IMG/VR virus record: IMGVR_UViG_3300014826_000002
Span: 1 to 64,000 of that record
DNA from: a virus
Taxonomy: Duplodnaviria > Caudoviricetes
Direction: 5' to 3' (one strand)
DNA length: 64,000 nt
Position numbers and translations under genes: made by a program. Under the pieces are notes generated by a model. The model was not told the origin of the DNA and did not search any database. It saw nothing but the letters and a program-made list of their open reading frames with translations. Position 1 is the first letter of the stretch; every line of letters begins with the position of its first letter. This document shows positions 7,882 through 16,005 of this stretch, one piece after another.

Positions 7882-8291
7882 TGGTGGAGGTGCGGGGAAT
7901 TGAACCCACGGTCCAATATATCTCTACACCTATAATTATTACAGGTTTAGTTAGTTTTAGCCTTTTAGCCTTTACTCGGTTGGAGAAAGCTAACAAATAT
8001 CCTCCGAGGTCTACCATTAACCCTAGCTTTAACGTCTTATGTTGTGGTCAAACCAAAGACGGGTTCACGTACATTCCTCATAAGCAATGTAAACTACCAC
8101 ATGCTGTGCCTAACCATTATAACATACAGCTTCTGTTATAAGTTACTTCTTAGGCTGCTAAAGCAGTTCTGTAGCCGAAGTCAGCTTTGATTACGTTATT
8201 AGCGTTTATCATCGTACACGATTTAAAGAGGTCATGTGTCTCTACCTGTTATAGAATGCCAAGTTTTATACTGTCAAAACCTGTCACCCCC
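7882..8291 (-). ncRNA. ssrA: tmRNA, tag ANNVIKADFGYRTALAA (8150-8203)
   Basis: 5' GGGGGTGACAGGTTTTGAC; 3' GGTTCAATTCCCCGCACCTCCACCA with G3:U70; ATAAAC-GCT resume codon and ...ALAA* tag. Confidence 0.95.
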
Positions 8292-8418
8292 ATATTAAAT
8301 CACCCTACATTCCCCAGTACAAGTAAGTTGCGAACGGTTTGGTCATATGCAGGAGTTGACCTTACCATTATGCTTATAGCCAGTAACTTTCCATGACTGC
8401 GTACCTCGTGATTAAAAA

Positions 8419-8493
8419 TGGCTGCCAAGATTGGGCTCGAACCAATAACCTATGGTTTAACAGACCATTGCTCTGCCATTGAGCTACTTGGCA
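8419..8493 (-). tRNA. tRNA-Asn(GTT)
   Basis: Canonical cloverleaf, loop CTGTTAA, CCA. Confidence 0.93.
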
Positions 8494-8502
8494 TTGTAAA
8501 TA

Positions 8503-8580
8503 TGGCGGGACGTAGGGAGCTCGAATCCCTGACCTTCGCAGTGACAGTGCGATGTTCTAACCAAACTGAACTAACGTCCC
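8503..8580 (-). tRNA. tRNA-Asp(GTC)
   Basis: Cloverleaf, loop CTGTCAC, CCA. Confidence 0.92.
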
Positions 8581-8600
8581 TTACGTGGACTACCCATGTC

Positions 8601-9323
8601 CTAACCTTTGGTATTGCTCATTAGATAATTACTCTTTGAGTACTTATGGCGCTGATGTCGGCCACTCCCTCGATTATGCGCTCCGAAAGTCGGGGTTAAT
8701 GAGTGACAATTCGGGCATAAAACTTGAAGGTTATACTCTTTGTTGTTTGTGCAGTCTCCGTCGATATGATGAACTTGTAGTGGTACTTTCCCTGTACTAA
8801 GATTTATTTTGTGCCACCCACAAATTTCACATTTATTACCTACCTTACTAAGCATGTAATGGCGGACTCTTGGATGGAGATCATTACTATACTTGTTGGT
8901 TCCGCTCTCTTCACCCTTTTGCCACTTTGTAATGTACTCTTTCTGGCGCAACTCATTATAGCATTCTTGTGAACAGCACTTTCGTTTTAAAAAACTTTCA
9001 ATTGTGCACGTTCCGTTAAAAATAAGCTTTTTTCCACAATTCTCACAGTACTTGTTATCTATTTGAATTTGTAACTCCTCCCTTTTTACTGTAGAGTAAT
9101 ATCTACTGCGTTTCGTATTGTTATGTACAGCTGAACAACTGGAGCTACAAAAACTGTTTTTTCTCTTTTCGTAAGGAATAGGAGCTCCACAGCATTTGCA
9201 TAGTTTGGGGCTGGCATCATACTCTTCTTTTCTACGAAGCTTCTTTTCTTTCGAGATAGCCCCCGCTTTTTTAGCCATTTTTACTAATTGGTTATGGGAT
9301 GTCTTATTCATATTAATTTCCAT
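8601..9323 (-). CDS. Free-standing HNH homing endonuclease with N-terminal Zn-finger repeats
   Basis: CEICG...LQVHHIDGDCTNNKEYNLQVLCPNCHS; two CxxC...CSxxC fingers. Confidence 0.9.
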   Translation of the reverse strand: MEINMNKTSHNQLVKMAKKAGAISKEKKLRRKEEYDASPKLCKCCGAPIPYEKRKNSFCSSSCSAVHNNTKRSRYYSTVKREELQIQIDNKYCENCGKKLIFNGTCTIESFLKRKCCSQECYNELRQKEYITKWQKGEESGTNKYSNDLHPRVRHYMLSKVGNKCEICGWHKINLSTGKVPLQVHHIDGDCTNNKEYNLQVLCPNCHSLTPTFGAHNRGSGRHQRHKYSKSNYLMSNTKG

Positions 9324-9371
9324 ATTTACTTTAAGTAAAATTTATCTTGAACTTAAGAGTTCGTTAATAAG

Positions 9372-9442
9372 TGGAGCTACCGAGATTCGAACTCGGAAAA
9401 ATACATTGCAGGTGTATTATGATACCTTTTCATCATAGCCCC
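9372..9442 (-). tRNA. tRNA-Ala(TGC), C at position 33, no encoded CCA
   Basis: GGGGCTA/TAGCTCC with G3:U70, loop CCTGCAA, T arm CCGAG-TTCGAAT-CTCGG. Confidence 0.8.
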
Positions 9443-9605
9443 AGCTTACACGAGTTTTAAGGTCTCAACCCGTGCCCAAAACCTCTTGCAAAGGAGCGAC
9501 CTTTGCAACTCTGCCTTTGTTTGGTACATAATACGTTCTCTAACTAGTATTTTAAATGTAGCGTGCCTTATGACCTCGTAGGTTCGCAGTTACCTAAGAC
9601 TTATA

Positions 9606-9680
9606 TGGTGCCCACAGAGAGACTTGAACTCCCAACCTACGGTTTACAAAACCGTTGCTCTACCATTGAGCCATGCGGGC
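9606..9680 (-). tRNA. tRNA-Thr(TGT)
   Basis: Cloverleaf, loop TTTGTAA, CCA. Confidence 0.92.
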
Positions 9681-9905
9681 GTACCCACAATACCAGAGTG
9701 TTAACGACTTATGTGGTAGCCGTTCCTTACGTTCTTGTAGGTCAGCATTGAGACCTTCTGAGGAGCAAACCCAAACTCAATTGTTCCTATCTCATATCTT
9801 TTTATACTGACTGTAGCATTACAGCATAAAAAGTTTGTCGACCTCAATTTCTACAGCCTTGAAAGGTCCAAGTAAGAAATACATTTATATAAGTTTGTTT
9901 AAATA

Positions 9906-10154
9906 TTATTTAGCTTCTTTACCAACTACAACGTCTTTACCTTTAAATAAGGCACCTTTCTTGATTATCTGAATATTAATGTTGAACCAAGAGTGGTCAT
10001 TAACTATTTTTTGCTGTCCAACTTGTTCGGAATCTTGTCTGTTGTAATTGATACCTGTGTAAGATTTAGTATTCCCTATTTCTTGATTAGGTACTACTTC
10101 AGTTGCCATTACAGGTAATGAAAGTAACATTAATACTGCTAATAGTTTTTTCAT
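9906..10154 (-). CDS. Small secreted protein (start MKKLLAV)
   Basis: SD then signal peptide MKKLLAVLMLLSLPVMA. Confidence 0.7.
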   Translation of the reverse strand: MKKLLAVLMLLSLPVMATEVVPNQEIGNTKSYTGINYNRQDSEQVGQQKIVNDHSWFNINIQIIKKGALFKGKDVVVGKEAK

Positions 10155-10182
10155 AGTTCTTCCTCTTTTATAAAATGTAAAG

Positions 10183-10254
10183 TAGCCTGTTGGAGAATCG
10201 AACTCCAATTTATTGCTCGAAAGGCAACTGTCCTAACCGTTAGACGAACAGGCC
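10183..10254 (-). tRNA. tRNA-Glu(TTC), no encoded CCA
   Basis: Cloverleaf, loop CTTTCGA. Confidence 0.9.
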
Positions 10255-10269
10255 ATAAAAGTTAAGCAT

Positions 10270-10508
10270 GTTACACTACTTAACTTGTCACCGCACTTCT
10301 GTACGTTCTGTGATCAATCCAGACCGTGGTGGCCGAGTATTCTTTTAACCTATTAAAGGATACTTAAAAAGGTCGCCTATTTTTTGGTTAAATAAGGTTC
10401 TAAACCAGATAGGTACGGTACTCTAGCCTTGACCATCACAGCTTTCTCCGTCACCGAGCCAGCACTTAAAGGATGTGCTTTCCTTAGTCATCCGAAGTCA
10501 AGTGTAAC
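10270..10508 (-). ncRNA. Candidate rod-like structured ncRNA
   Basis: Terminal stem GTTACACT-TGACTT/AAGTTA-AGTGTAAC and internal CTGTGAT/ATCACAG helix; no ORF. Confidence 0.45.
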
Positions 10509-10534
10509 CTTTACTTCTTCTGAAATTTAATTCT

Positions 10535-10795
10535 TAAATATGTTGACTAACGGGTTGAAGATTTCTCAACGGGACCAATTAAGTGGACTTATGTTCTCTC
10601 AGTGCGCCACGCCCTACCCATCCGTGAATTAGTCTTTTCTATCTGCACCTAATTCCTTACTTCCAACGCTCAGCTGGTAAACGCAACTGCCCTCAGGGGT
10701 TCTTTTAATTCCTTCTTTCGAAGACTGCCAATTCTGGTAAGCTGAAGAGACTTACTATAGACAGCAGAGCAGACCGACCATAGTCAACATATTTA
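10535..10795 (-). ncRNA. Candidate structured ncRNA closed by a perfect 15-bp inverted repeat
   Basis: taaatatgttgacta (10535-10549) / tagtcaacatattta (10781-10795), several internal hairpins, no ORF. Confidence 0.5.
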
Positions 10796-10998
10796 AAAAT
10801 TAAGGCTTCCGAGAAAGGGTAGAAATTCTACCCTTAATCTTCAGTCTTAAAACTACTTTATAATTCTCAGGGCTAAAAGATAGTTTATTGCACTTGAAAC
10901 ATGCCCTACTACGATTTCTATTTAAAGACTGTTATTCCGTAGTAAAAGAGTCTGGTTTTTATCATGAAAATAAATTCAGTTGTCAAAGTTCGAATAAT

Positions 10999-11074
10999 TG
11001 GTTGCGAGAGGGTGGATTTGAACCACCGACCTTCAGCTTATGAGACTGACGAGCTGCCACTGCTCCACTCCGCT
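10999..11074 (-). tRNA. tRNA-Met(CAT), initiator-like body
   Basis: AGCGGAGTGGAGCAG...CTCATAA...GGTTCAAATCC...GCAACCA; unpaired 1:72, one bulge in acceptor stem, lacks the three anticodon-stem G-C pairs. Confidence 0.85.
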
Positions 11075-11094
11075 ATGCGTATTTTTATAATTTA

Positions 11095-11123
11095 ATATTA
11101 ACACATGAATTTTGTTTTGTCAA
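11095..11123 (-). promoter_or_regulatory. sigma70-type promoter at the head of the tRNA/ncRNA island
   Basis: TTGACA-17-TAATAT about 20 nt upstream of tRNA-Met. Confidence 0.75.
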
Positions 11124-11170
11124 ATTTCATAATTCATTATAACTTATTTTTATAGAGAATTCAAGGTTTA

Positions 11171-11195
11171 AAAAAGGGCTTTTAAAGCCCTTTTT
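11171..11195. terminator. Bidirectional intrinsic terminator
   Basis: AAAAAGGGC-TTTTAAA-GCCCTTTTT. Confidence 0.7.
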
Positions 11196-11493
11196 ACAGT
11201 TCCTCAATCTTTTCCTTTAAGAAATCGTATATAAGCTGCGTAACAGTCGGAATGACCTCAATAATTTTTTCAAGAATCCATTTAATAATAGTATTCTTAC
11301 AGTTATCTTTAAAAGTTTCAATCTTAAAAATAACTACACGGTCGACTATCTCTTTTTTATCGTGGCCGGGAATGTTAGCTTTAGCTTGAGTTATAATCTC
11401 GCTACGGGCTATATTTAAAACTGTAGCAAAATTCTCTTTTGAAAATACACGAACTCCTTCTTTTTTAAATGTAAACAAGTCAAAAATATTCAT
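11194..11493 (-). CDS. Hypothetical protein
   Basis: 99-aa ORF with AGGAGG SD. Confidence 0.7.
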   Translation of the reverse strand: MNIFDLFTFKKEGVRVFSKENFATVLNIARSEIITQAKANIPGHDKKEIVDRVVIFKIETFKDNCKNTIIKWILEKIIEVIPTVTQLIYDFLKEKIEEL

Positions 11494-11504
11494 GATTCCT
11501 CCTT

Positions 11505-12122
11505 TTAATAATTAAATTCATTATTCAAGATAATAGATATTTCATTGTATATTTCATATGTTGCGTTTGGCAATTTTAAATTAGCCATTCTTAAATTAGC
11601 CATGACTAAGGCATAACCTAAAACTGTCACATAGTCTCTAGATGTTACAGGAGACTTAACTTTTGCTTCTTTCATGCCCTCAAGTATTTCTAGTAAAATA
11701 TGCTTAATTTCGATAAGCATTAATGTGAATAGTTCAATATTTCCCTTGGCTAAAGGTGTAATTTTTAGCAGAGTGCTTTTAAAGCAGCCTTTAGTTCTGA
11801 TGTCTTCGGGGTCGATTAAGATTCCGTCTAAAGATTTTTCAATAGCTTTAGACGCTGTTTCAAATTTAGCAAATCTTTCAGATTTCTTAACATTGGGGAT
11901 ATACGACAATATAGTAGCTACTATTAAATGAGTTTTAAAAAAGTTAGGTTCGCTAATATGCTTAGCATATTCAGTCACATCATAGACAACATTTAACATG
12001 CTATTATATTCACCTTCTGACAACTCTTCTTTTGCCCAGTCAAAAGCTTCTGAAACTTGATCAATAATGTATGGAATTTGTGGTAATTCTTGTATAATCC
12101 CTTCTCTTAATTTAACTGTCAT
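11505..12122 (-). CDS. Hypothetical helical protein, possibly a degenerate HD-domain (Mesh1/SpoT hydrolase-like) fold
   Basis: Helix pattern resembles HD hydrolases but the HD motif position reads LSY. Confidence 0.55.
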   Translation of the reverse strand: MTVKLREGIIQELPQIPYIIDQVSEAFDWAKEELSEGEYNSMLNVVYDVTEYAKHISEPNFFKTHLIVATILSYIPNVKKSERFAKFETASKAIEKSLDGILIDPEDIRTKGCFKSTLLKITPLAKGNIELFTLMLIEIKHILLEILEGMKEAKVKSPVTSRDYVTVLGYALVMANLRMANLKLPNATYEIYNEISIILNNEFNY

Positions 12123-12139
12123 GTTGTTTGTGTTCCTTT

Positions 12140-12997
12140 CTATTTTATTCTTCCTTCAATCCATTTTATTCCGTCTATTACAAAATACTTTTCATTTTCT
12201 AAAAATACATAATTTGTAAAGTCCCTGTTAATAAGCACTATATCTCCTTGTCGTACTTCTTTGATATTAGAATCTAACTCTGCAATCTCAAACAAGTCCC
12301 TATTATATACATCTGAATAATCTAATTCCTCATAGTTTATTTCAGGTGCCTCTAGTATAGTAGAATTTAATGTATTTTTAGAAATATAAGGTTTTAGAAA
12401 TATGTAGTTATTTAAAATTTTAAGATTATTAGGCTCTAAGAGCCCTACAATAAACCTGTGCTCAACAATAAAATAGTCTTTTTCATTAAGCCTTATAGGT
12501 GTTGATACGTTATCTCTAACCAGTACTTTATCTCCACCATGTATACCTTTTACGTTACTTCCTATTTTAACAACATTCCCAACAGTAGTCGACGTATCAG
12601 GTATATCCAAAATAGAATCTTGGCTTTTATTAAGCTTTTCAAAAAGAATACAGTCTGGGTGCAGCTCTAGAGTTTCTAGGGAAATTTCTTTTTTAAATAC
12701 TCCTATAATTTGTGACAATGGTACATTAAAGTATTTTTTATTATTTACTGTATAGTAGCTTGTAGGGGATACTGCTATTTCAGAAGCTACCCTTGTAAGG
12801 AGTATTGTATCTCCTTTTTTAATTTTTAAACTAGACTTATCCTCTGTTATTTTTCCAACTTCAAGTGCTCTTGTAATGTAGGATAAATAGCTCTTTCCAC
12901 TCATTCTATGTATCGTTATCGAGTTGGTATTTTGTAACCAATTTTCAATATCTATCAAGACTTTATTTTCTAATCTTTCTACGTCAAAATTTAGCAT
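12140..12997 (-). CDS. Tandem three-domain GroES/Cpn10-like protein
   Basis: Three roughly 90-aa units, each with GD(T/K/I)(I/V)L and K(K/D)YFxVxxxxIxG-like motifs. Confidence 0.7.
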   Translation of the reverse strand: MLNFDVERLENKVLIDIENWLQNTNSITIHRMSGKSYLSYITRALEVGKITEDKSSLKIKKGDTILLTRVASEIAVSPTSYYTVNNKKYFNVPLSQIIGVFKKEISLETLELHPDCILFEKLNKSQDSILDIPDTSTTVGNVVKIGSNVKGIHGGDKVLVRDNVSTPIRLNEKDYFIVEHRFIVGLLEPNNLKILNNYIFLKPYISKNTLNSTILEAPEINYEELDYSDVYNRDLFEIAELDSNIKEVRQGDIVLINRDFTNYVFLENEKYFVIDGIKWIEGRIK

Positions 12998-13001
12998 GTT
13001 T

Positions 13002-13877
13002 TTAATAATTCCTTACTAATATTTCTGTTGTACTTCCTATATTTTTTCTTTGATAATTGCAGTTGGTATAATCTGCAGAAACTTCTACTACTTTATATTT
13101 TTTACACCATCTCTTTAGTATTTCATTAATTCTACCGTTATTTTCAACGACATTTGATAATAAAAAACTACCTCCATTTTCATTTATATAATCTAAAGTT
13201 TTATAAAGGAGTCGCTCTTTTGGCTCATCCCATTTCCCTAAGTAATGAATTCTTTCGTAAGAACTGTCTGAGGAATAATATGGTGGGTCTACGTAAAAAA
13301 CTGTTTTTGGAATAATTCGCGTTGCCTTTTCCACGGTTTTTTCAAAGGAGTCTGCTTTAATACTTACTTTCTCCTTATTTTCATGTAATTCCCATTGAAA
13401 CATCTCAAGCCTGCTTCGTAATGAACTATTAAAATAGCATTTGTTTTTCCCTGACGGAACACTAAATTTACCCGAACTATTTATATGTATATTGTAATTA
13501 AAAGAGTGCGTTAGCAAACAGTAAAACATGATAGGGTCAAAGACAAGTCTAAGGTAAGGGTCACTATTATAGTCTTCTCTAAGTTGTAAATAGCCTTCTT
13601 TATTATCTTTAGAAAGTTTGTACCTCTTTATTGTTTTATCTATCTCTTTTATAATGTCAGAGTATTCGTGATCTCGAAAGTACTTTAATGTTTCAACCAT
13701 TTGCCAGCATGCGTCATTTAGCACAACTTTATTATAGTTGGAAAGTTCGTTAACACCAACTACACCGCTTCCGCAAAATAAGTCTACTAGGTTTTTCTTG
13801 GTTTTGTCTAGGTTGGAGTCAATTAACGGAAATATTCTATCTTTACTTCCTACATAATTAAAGCAATTTTTAAGCAT
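13002..13877 (-). CDS. DNA adenine methyltransferase (D12/Dam class)
   Basis: FNYVGSK, DLFCGSG, YVDPPY. Confidence 0.9.
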   Translation of the reverse strand: MLKNCFNYVGSKDRIFPLIDSNLDKTKKNLVDLFCGSGVVGVNELSNYNKVVLNDACWQMVETLKYFRDHEYSDIIKEIDKTIKRYKLSKDNKEGYLQLREDYNSDPYLRLVFDPIMFYCLLTHSFNYNIHINSSGKFSVPSGKNKCYFNSSLRSRLEMFQWELHENKEKVSIKADSFEKTVEKATRIIPKTVFYVDPPYYSSDSSYERIHYLGKWDEPKERLLYKTLDYINENGGSFLLSNVVENNGRINEILKRWCKKYKVVEVSADYTNCNYQRKNIGSTTEILVRNY

Positions 13878-13878
13878 G

Positions 13879-14241
13879 CTATTTTTGACCTCCTATTATC
13901 ATGAGAAAGACTATCGTAGTCATGAATAAAAAAGCTAACAGGTATTTATTACTTTCTATCCATATCTGTACTTTCTTTTTAGTAATGTTCACAGAGTCCT
14001 TCAACAGTGTAGGATTAATTGTAAGTAAGATAAACCCAGGAAATATATGCTGCCATGTACTTTCATCTTTAGTATAAACAGATAAGCTACTTACCTTAGA
14101 GGCTTTGTTCCTTAATTGCAACATTAGCAAGAATAACCCTAATGGGAGACATGCTAGGATAATGCGAAACAAAAGCTCTATAGCACGTCCAATGAATGGG
14201 ATTATAATGTCCTTGAACCAATTCAATACTATTAACTTCAT
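13879..14241 (-). CDS. Hypothetical membrane protein
   Basis: Several hydrophobic segments. Confidence 0.6.
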   Translation of the reverse strand: MKLIVLNWFKDIIIPFIGRAIELLFRIILACLPLGLFLLMLQLRNKASKVSSLSVYTKDESTWQHIFPGFILLTINPTLLKDSVNITKKKVQIWIESNKYLLAFLFMTTIVFLMIIGGQK

Positions 14242-14753
14242 TATAATCTCCCCGTGCTTCCTATACCTTTTTCTCCTCTTTCAGAAGAACCTACATCTGA
14301 GACTTGTTCTATTAAAACAGGAAGAACAGTGTGTACTATCATCTGGCAAAGACGTTCATTGTTCTCTACAGTAACTGTTTCATCACCAAAGTTATGTACA
14401 GCCACTAGAGTTTCACCCTTCCAAGAGCTGTCTAAGATTGCACAAGAATTCATTAATCTTAAATGCTTCTTAATTCCCATAGAACTTCTAGGAACTATCT
14501 CAATATAATAACCCTCGGGAATGTTCATTTTTATCCCTGTATTAAATATGTAAGTTCCGTTAGGAAGAATTTCAACAGATGCTTCTCCATTCTTGGTAAG
14601 CACTCTTAAGTCTATTCCCGCGTTGCCTGCTGAAACTTGTGGAAGTATAACTCCGTCTCTACACGGTTTGATTCCTATTTTAATTTTACCTAAGTTGTAA
14701 GCTTTATTTATAGGTGAGGCAAAAACTTTACCCCGATGCTTATCTTGTATCAT
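14241..14753 (-). CDS. dut: Trimeric dUTPase
   Basis: AGIDL, PRSSMG, ILDSSWKGE, RLCQM, RGEKGIGSTG. Confidence 0.93.
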   Translation of the reverse strand: MIQDKHRGKVFASPINKAYNLGKIKIGIKPCRDGVILPQVSAGNAGIDLRVLTKNGEASVEILPNGTYIFNTGIKMNIPEGYYIEIVPRSSMGIKKHLRLMNSCAILDSSWKGETLVAVHNFGDETVTVENNERLCQMIVHTVLPVLIEQVSDVGSSERGEKGIGSTGRL

Positions 14754-14766
14754 ATTTTCTCCCTTC

Positions 14767-15663
14767 TTAAAAGTATCTTATATTATTTATATCGTGTAAT
14801 GACTTAATATAGTCTATCTCTTTTTCTGTAGCTATCTTTAATAATTTTGAGTGTAAAGAATTATTTTGGTTTGTTTTTTTCTTAAACTTTGAAAGTACAT
14901 CTCCTATTTTAATAAAGGAAATATCTTCTTTCTTTCTCCCTATTCTGTTAAAAGCTTCCGTAGTAAAAACTTCTTCAGCTTTATCACTGGGAACCTTCTC
15001 CTTTGTGTATTCTAACGTGTTTGTATCTAGTTGGTAATAAAATATCTCACGTTCTTTATTATAAGGTTGGGTGTCGATACGTGTTAGACTCCCCATCCTG
15101 ATCACAATTGAATTCCCAATGTATTCCTCGTCATAAGGTTTATGCTCATGACCTAAGAATACTAACTTGTAATTTAACTTTCTTAACTCGTCACGAGTAA
15201 AACTTTCCTTAGGAGCGCCCTCTAATTCTAAATAGTTGTGACCTATTAAAATTTTTTGATTTGAGGTATCTACAGGAAGACTGTCTAAATTTTTCATGAC
15301 TAGTGATACTTGAAATTCCGCAGAATCTATCTTAAAAGAATCCAGTTCTAACTTGAGAGCTCCTGTTAATGCTAAGCTTCCTAGTGTAGTTTTTTCCAGC
15401 ATATTTACATTATTATGTAAAAGGTCATGATTTCCCGGAATTACATAAAACTTACCTTTATGCTTTGTTAAAAGTCTGTAGACTTTGTTAAATATCAAGT
15501 GTGAATTCGTGTTAGTATGAAATAAGTCACCACAGATAATTACATAGTCATTATTAGTTGCTACATAATCAAGCTTCTTTAAAACTGTTGTAAGAAAATC
15601 GTCTTTTCTGCAACGACAACGGTCAGTTATGTGTGGGTCTATTAAAATTCCTACCTTACTCAT
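14767..15663 (-). CDS. sbcD: SbcD/Mre11 (T4 gp47-like) nuclease
   Basis: DPH, GDLFH, GNHD, GHN, GHEH; adjacent to the SbcC pieces. Confidence 0.85.
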   Translation of the reverse strand: MSKVGILIDPHITDRCRCRKDDFLTTVLKKLDYVATNNDYVIICGDLFHTNTNSHLIFNKVYRLLTKHKGKFYVIPGNHDLLHNNVNMLEKTTLGSLALTGALKLELDSFKIDSAEFQVSLVMKNLDSLPVDTSNQKILIGHNYLELEGAPKESFTRDELRKLNYKLVFLGHEHKPYDEEYIGNSIVIRMGSLTRIDTQPYNKEREIFYYQLDTNTLEYTKEKVPSDKAEEVFTTEAFNRIGRKKEDISFIKIGDVLSKFKKKTNQNNSLHSKLLKIATEKEIDYIKSLHDINNIRYF

Positions 15664-15955
15664 TTGTCCACTCCTGATCTACTACTTTATTTAGCATTGG
15701 TAATATATGTTTTCGAATATAAATTTTTTTAGAGTCTTTCATGATTTCTTTATACCCTCGTAGAAGTTCTTTAAAATGTACAATTTTACTAGGTGACATT
15801 TTATATCGAAATAGCATGATATCATCTATTGTGTAATAAGCTCCTTCTAGAGAAAGTCTTTCTTCTTCTGAAAGCTTTTTAGACAGAGCTAACATTTTAG
15901 AAATTCTCCCTTTTAAGTTGCTTATAATCTCCCTAGTTACTTTATTTGAAAACAT
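15656..15955 (-). CDS. Hypothetical protein
   Basis: 99-aa ORF behind a consensus promoter. Confidence 0.65.
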   Translation of the reverse strand: MFSNKVTREIISNLKGRISKMLALSKKLSEEERLSLEGAYYTIDDIMLFRYKMSPSKIVHFKELLRGYKEIMKDSKKIYIRKHILPMLNKVVDQEWTNE

Positions 15956-15976
15956 TATATCTCTCTTCTTATATTA

Positions 15977-16005
15977 ATTTTACTTCAATTTTATTCTTTT
16001 GTCAA
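15977..16005 (-). promoter_or_regulatory. sigma70-type promoter
   Basis: TTGACA-17-TAAAAT. Confidence 0.7.

Noticed and set aside
8340-8400. tRNA gene
   Set aside because: Acceptor-like GTCATG/TATGAC-CA and a poor T arm only; at most a decayed relic.
8601-9323. HNH as an intron-encoded protein inside a tRNA
   Set aside because: The flanking tRNA-Asp and tRNA-Ala are complete; no split tRNA halves or intron core were recognised.
6230-9751. Track ORFs overlapping the tRNA/tmRNA island (e.g. 6230-6502, 6988-7212, 7881-8141, 8418-8624, 9563-9751)
   Set aside because: They are antisense translations of RNA genes with no SD or recognisable domain.
9330-10183. Theta (HDV-like) ribozymes after the CCA-less tRNA-Ala and tRNA-Glu
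   Set aside because: The 3' trailers are AT-rich with no nested double pseudoknot pattern.
10270-10508. RNase P RNA or SRP RNA
   Set aside because: AAGGAAAG and CAGAA resemble P4 flanks but the GAAAGTCC/GGCTT pairing is missing; the SRP helix-8 motif is absent.
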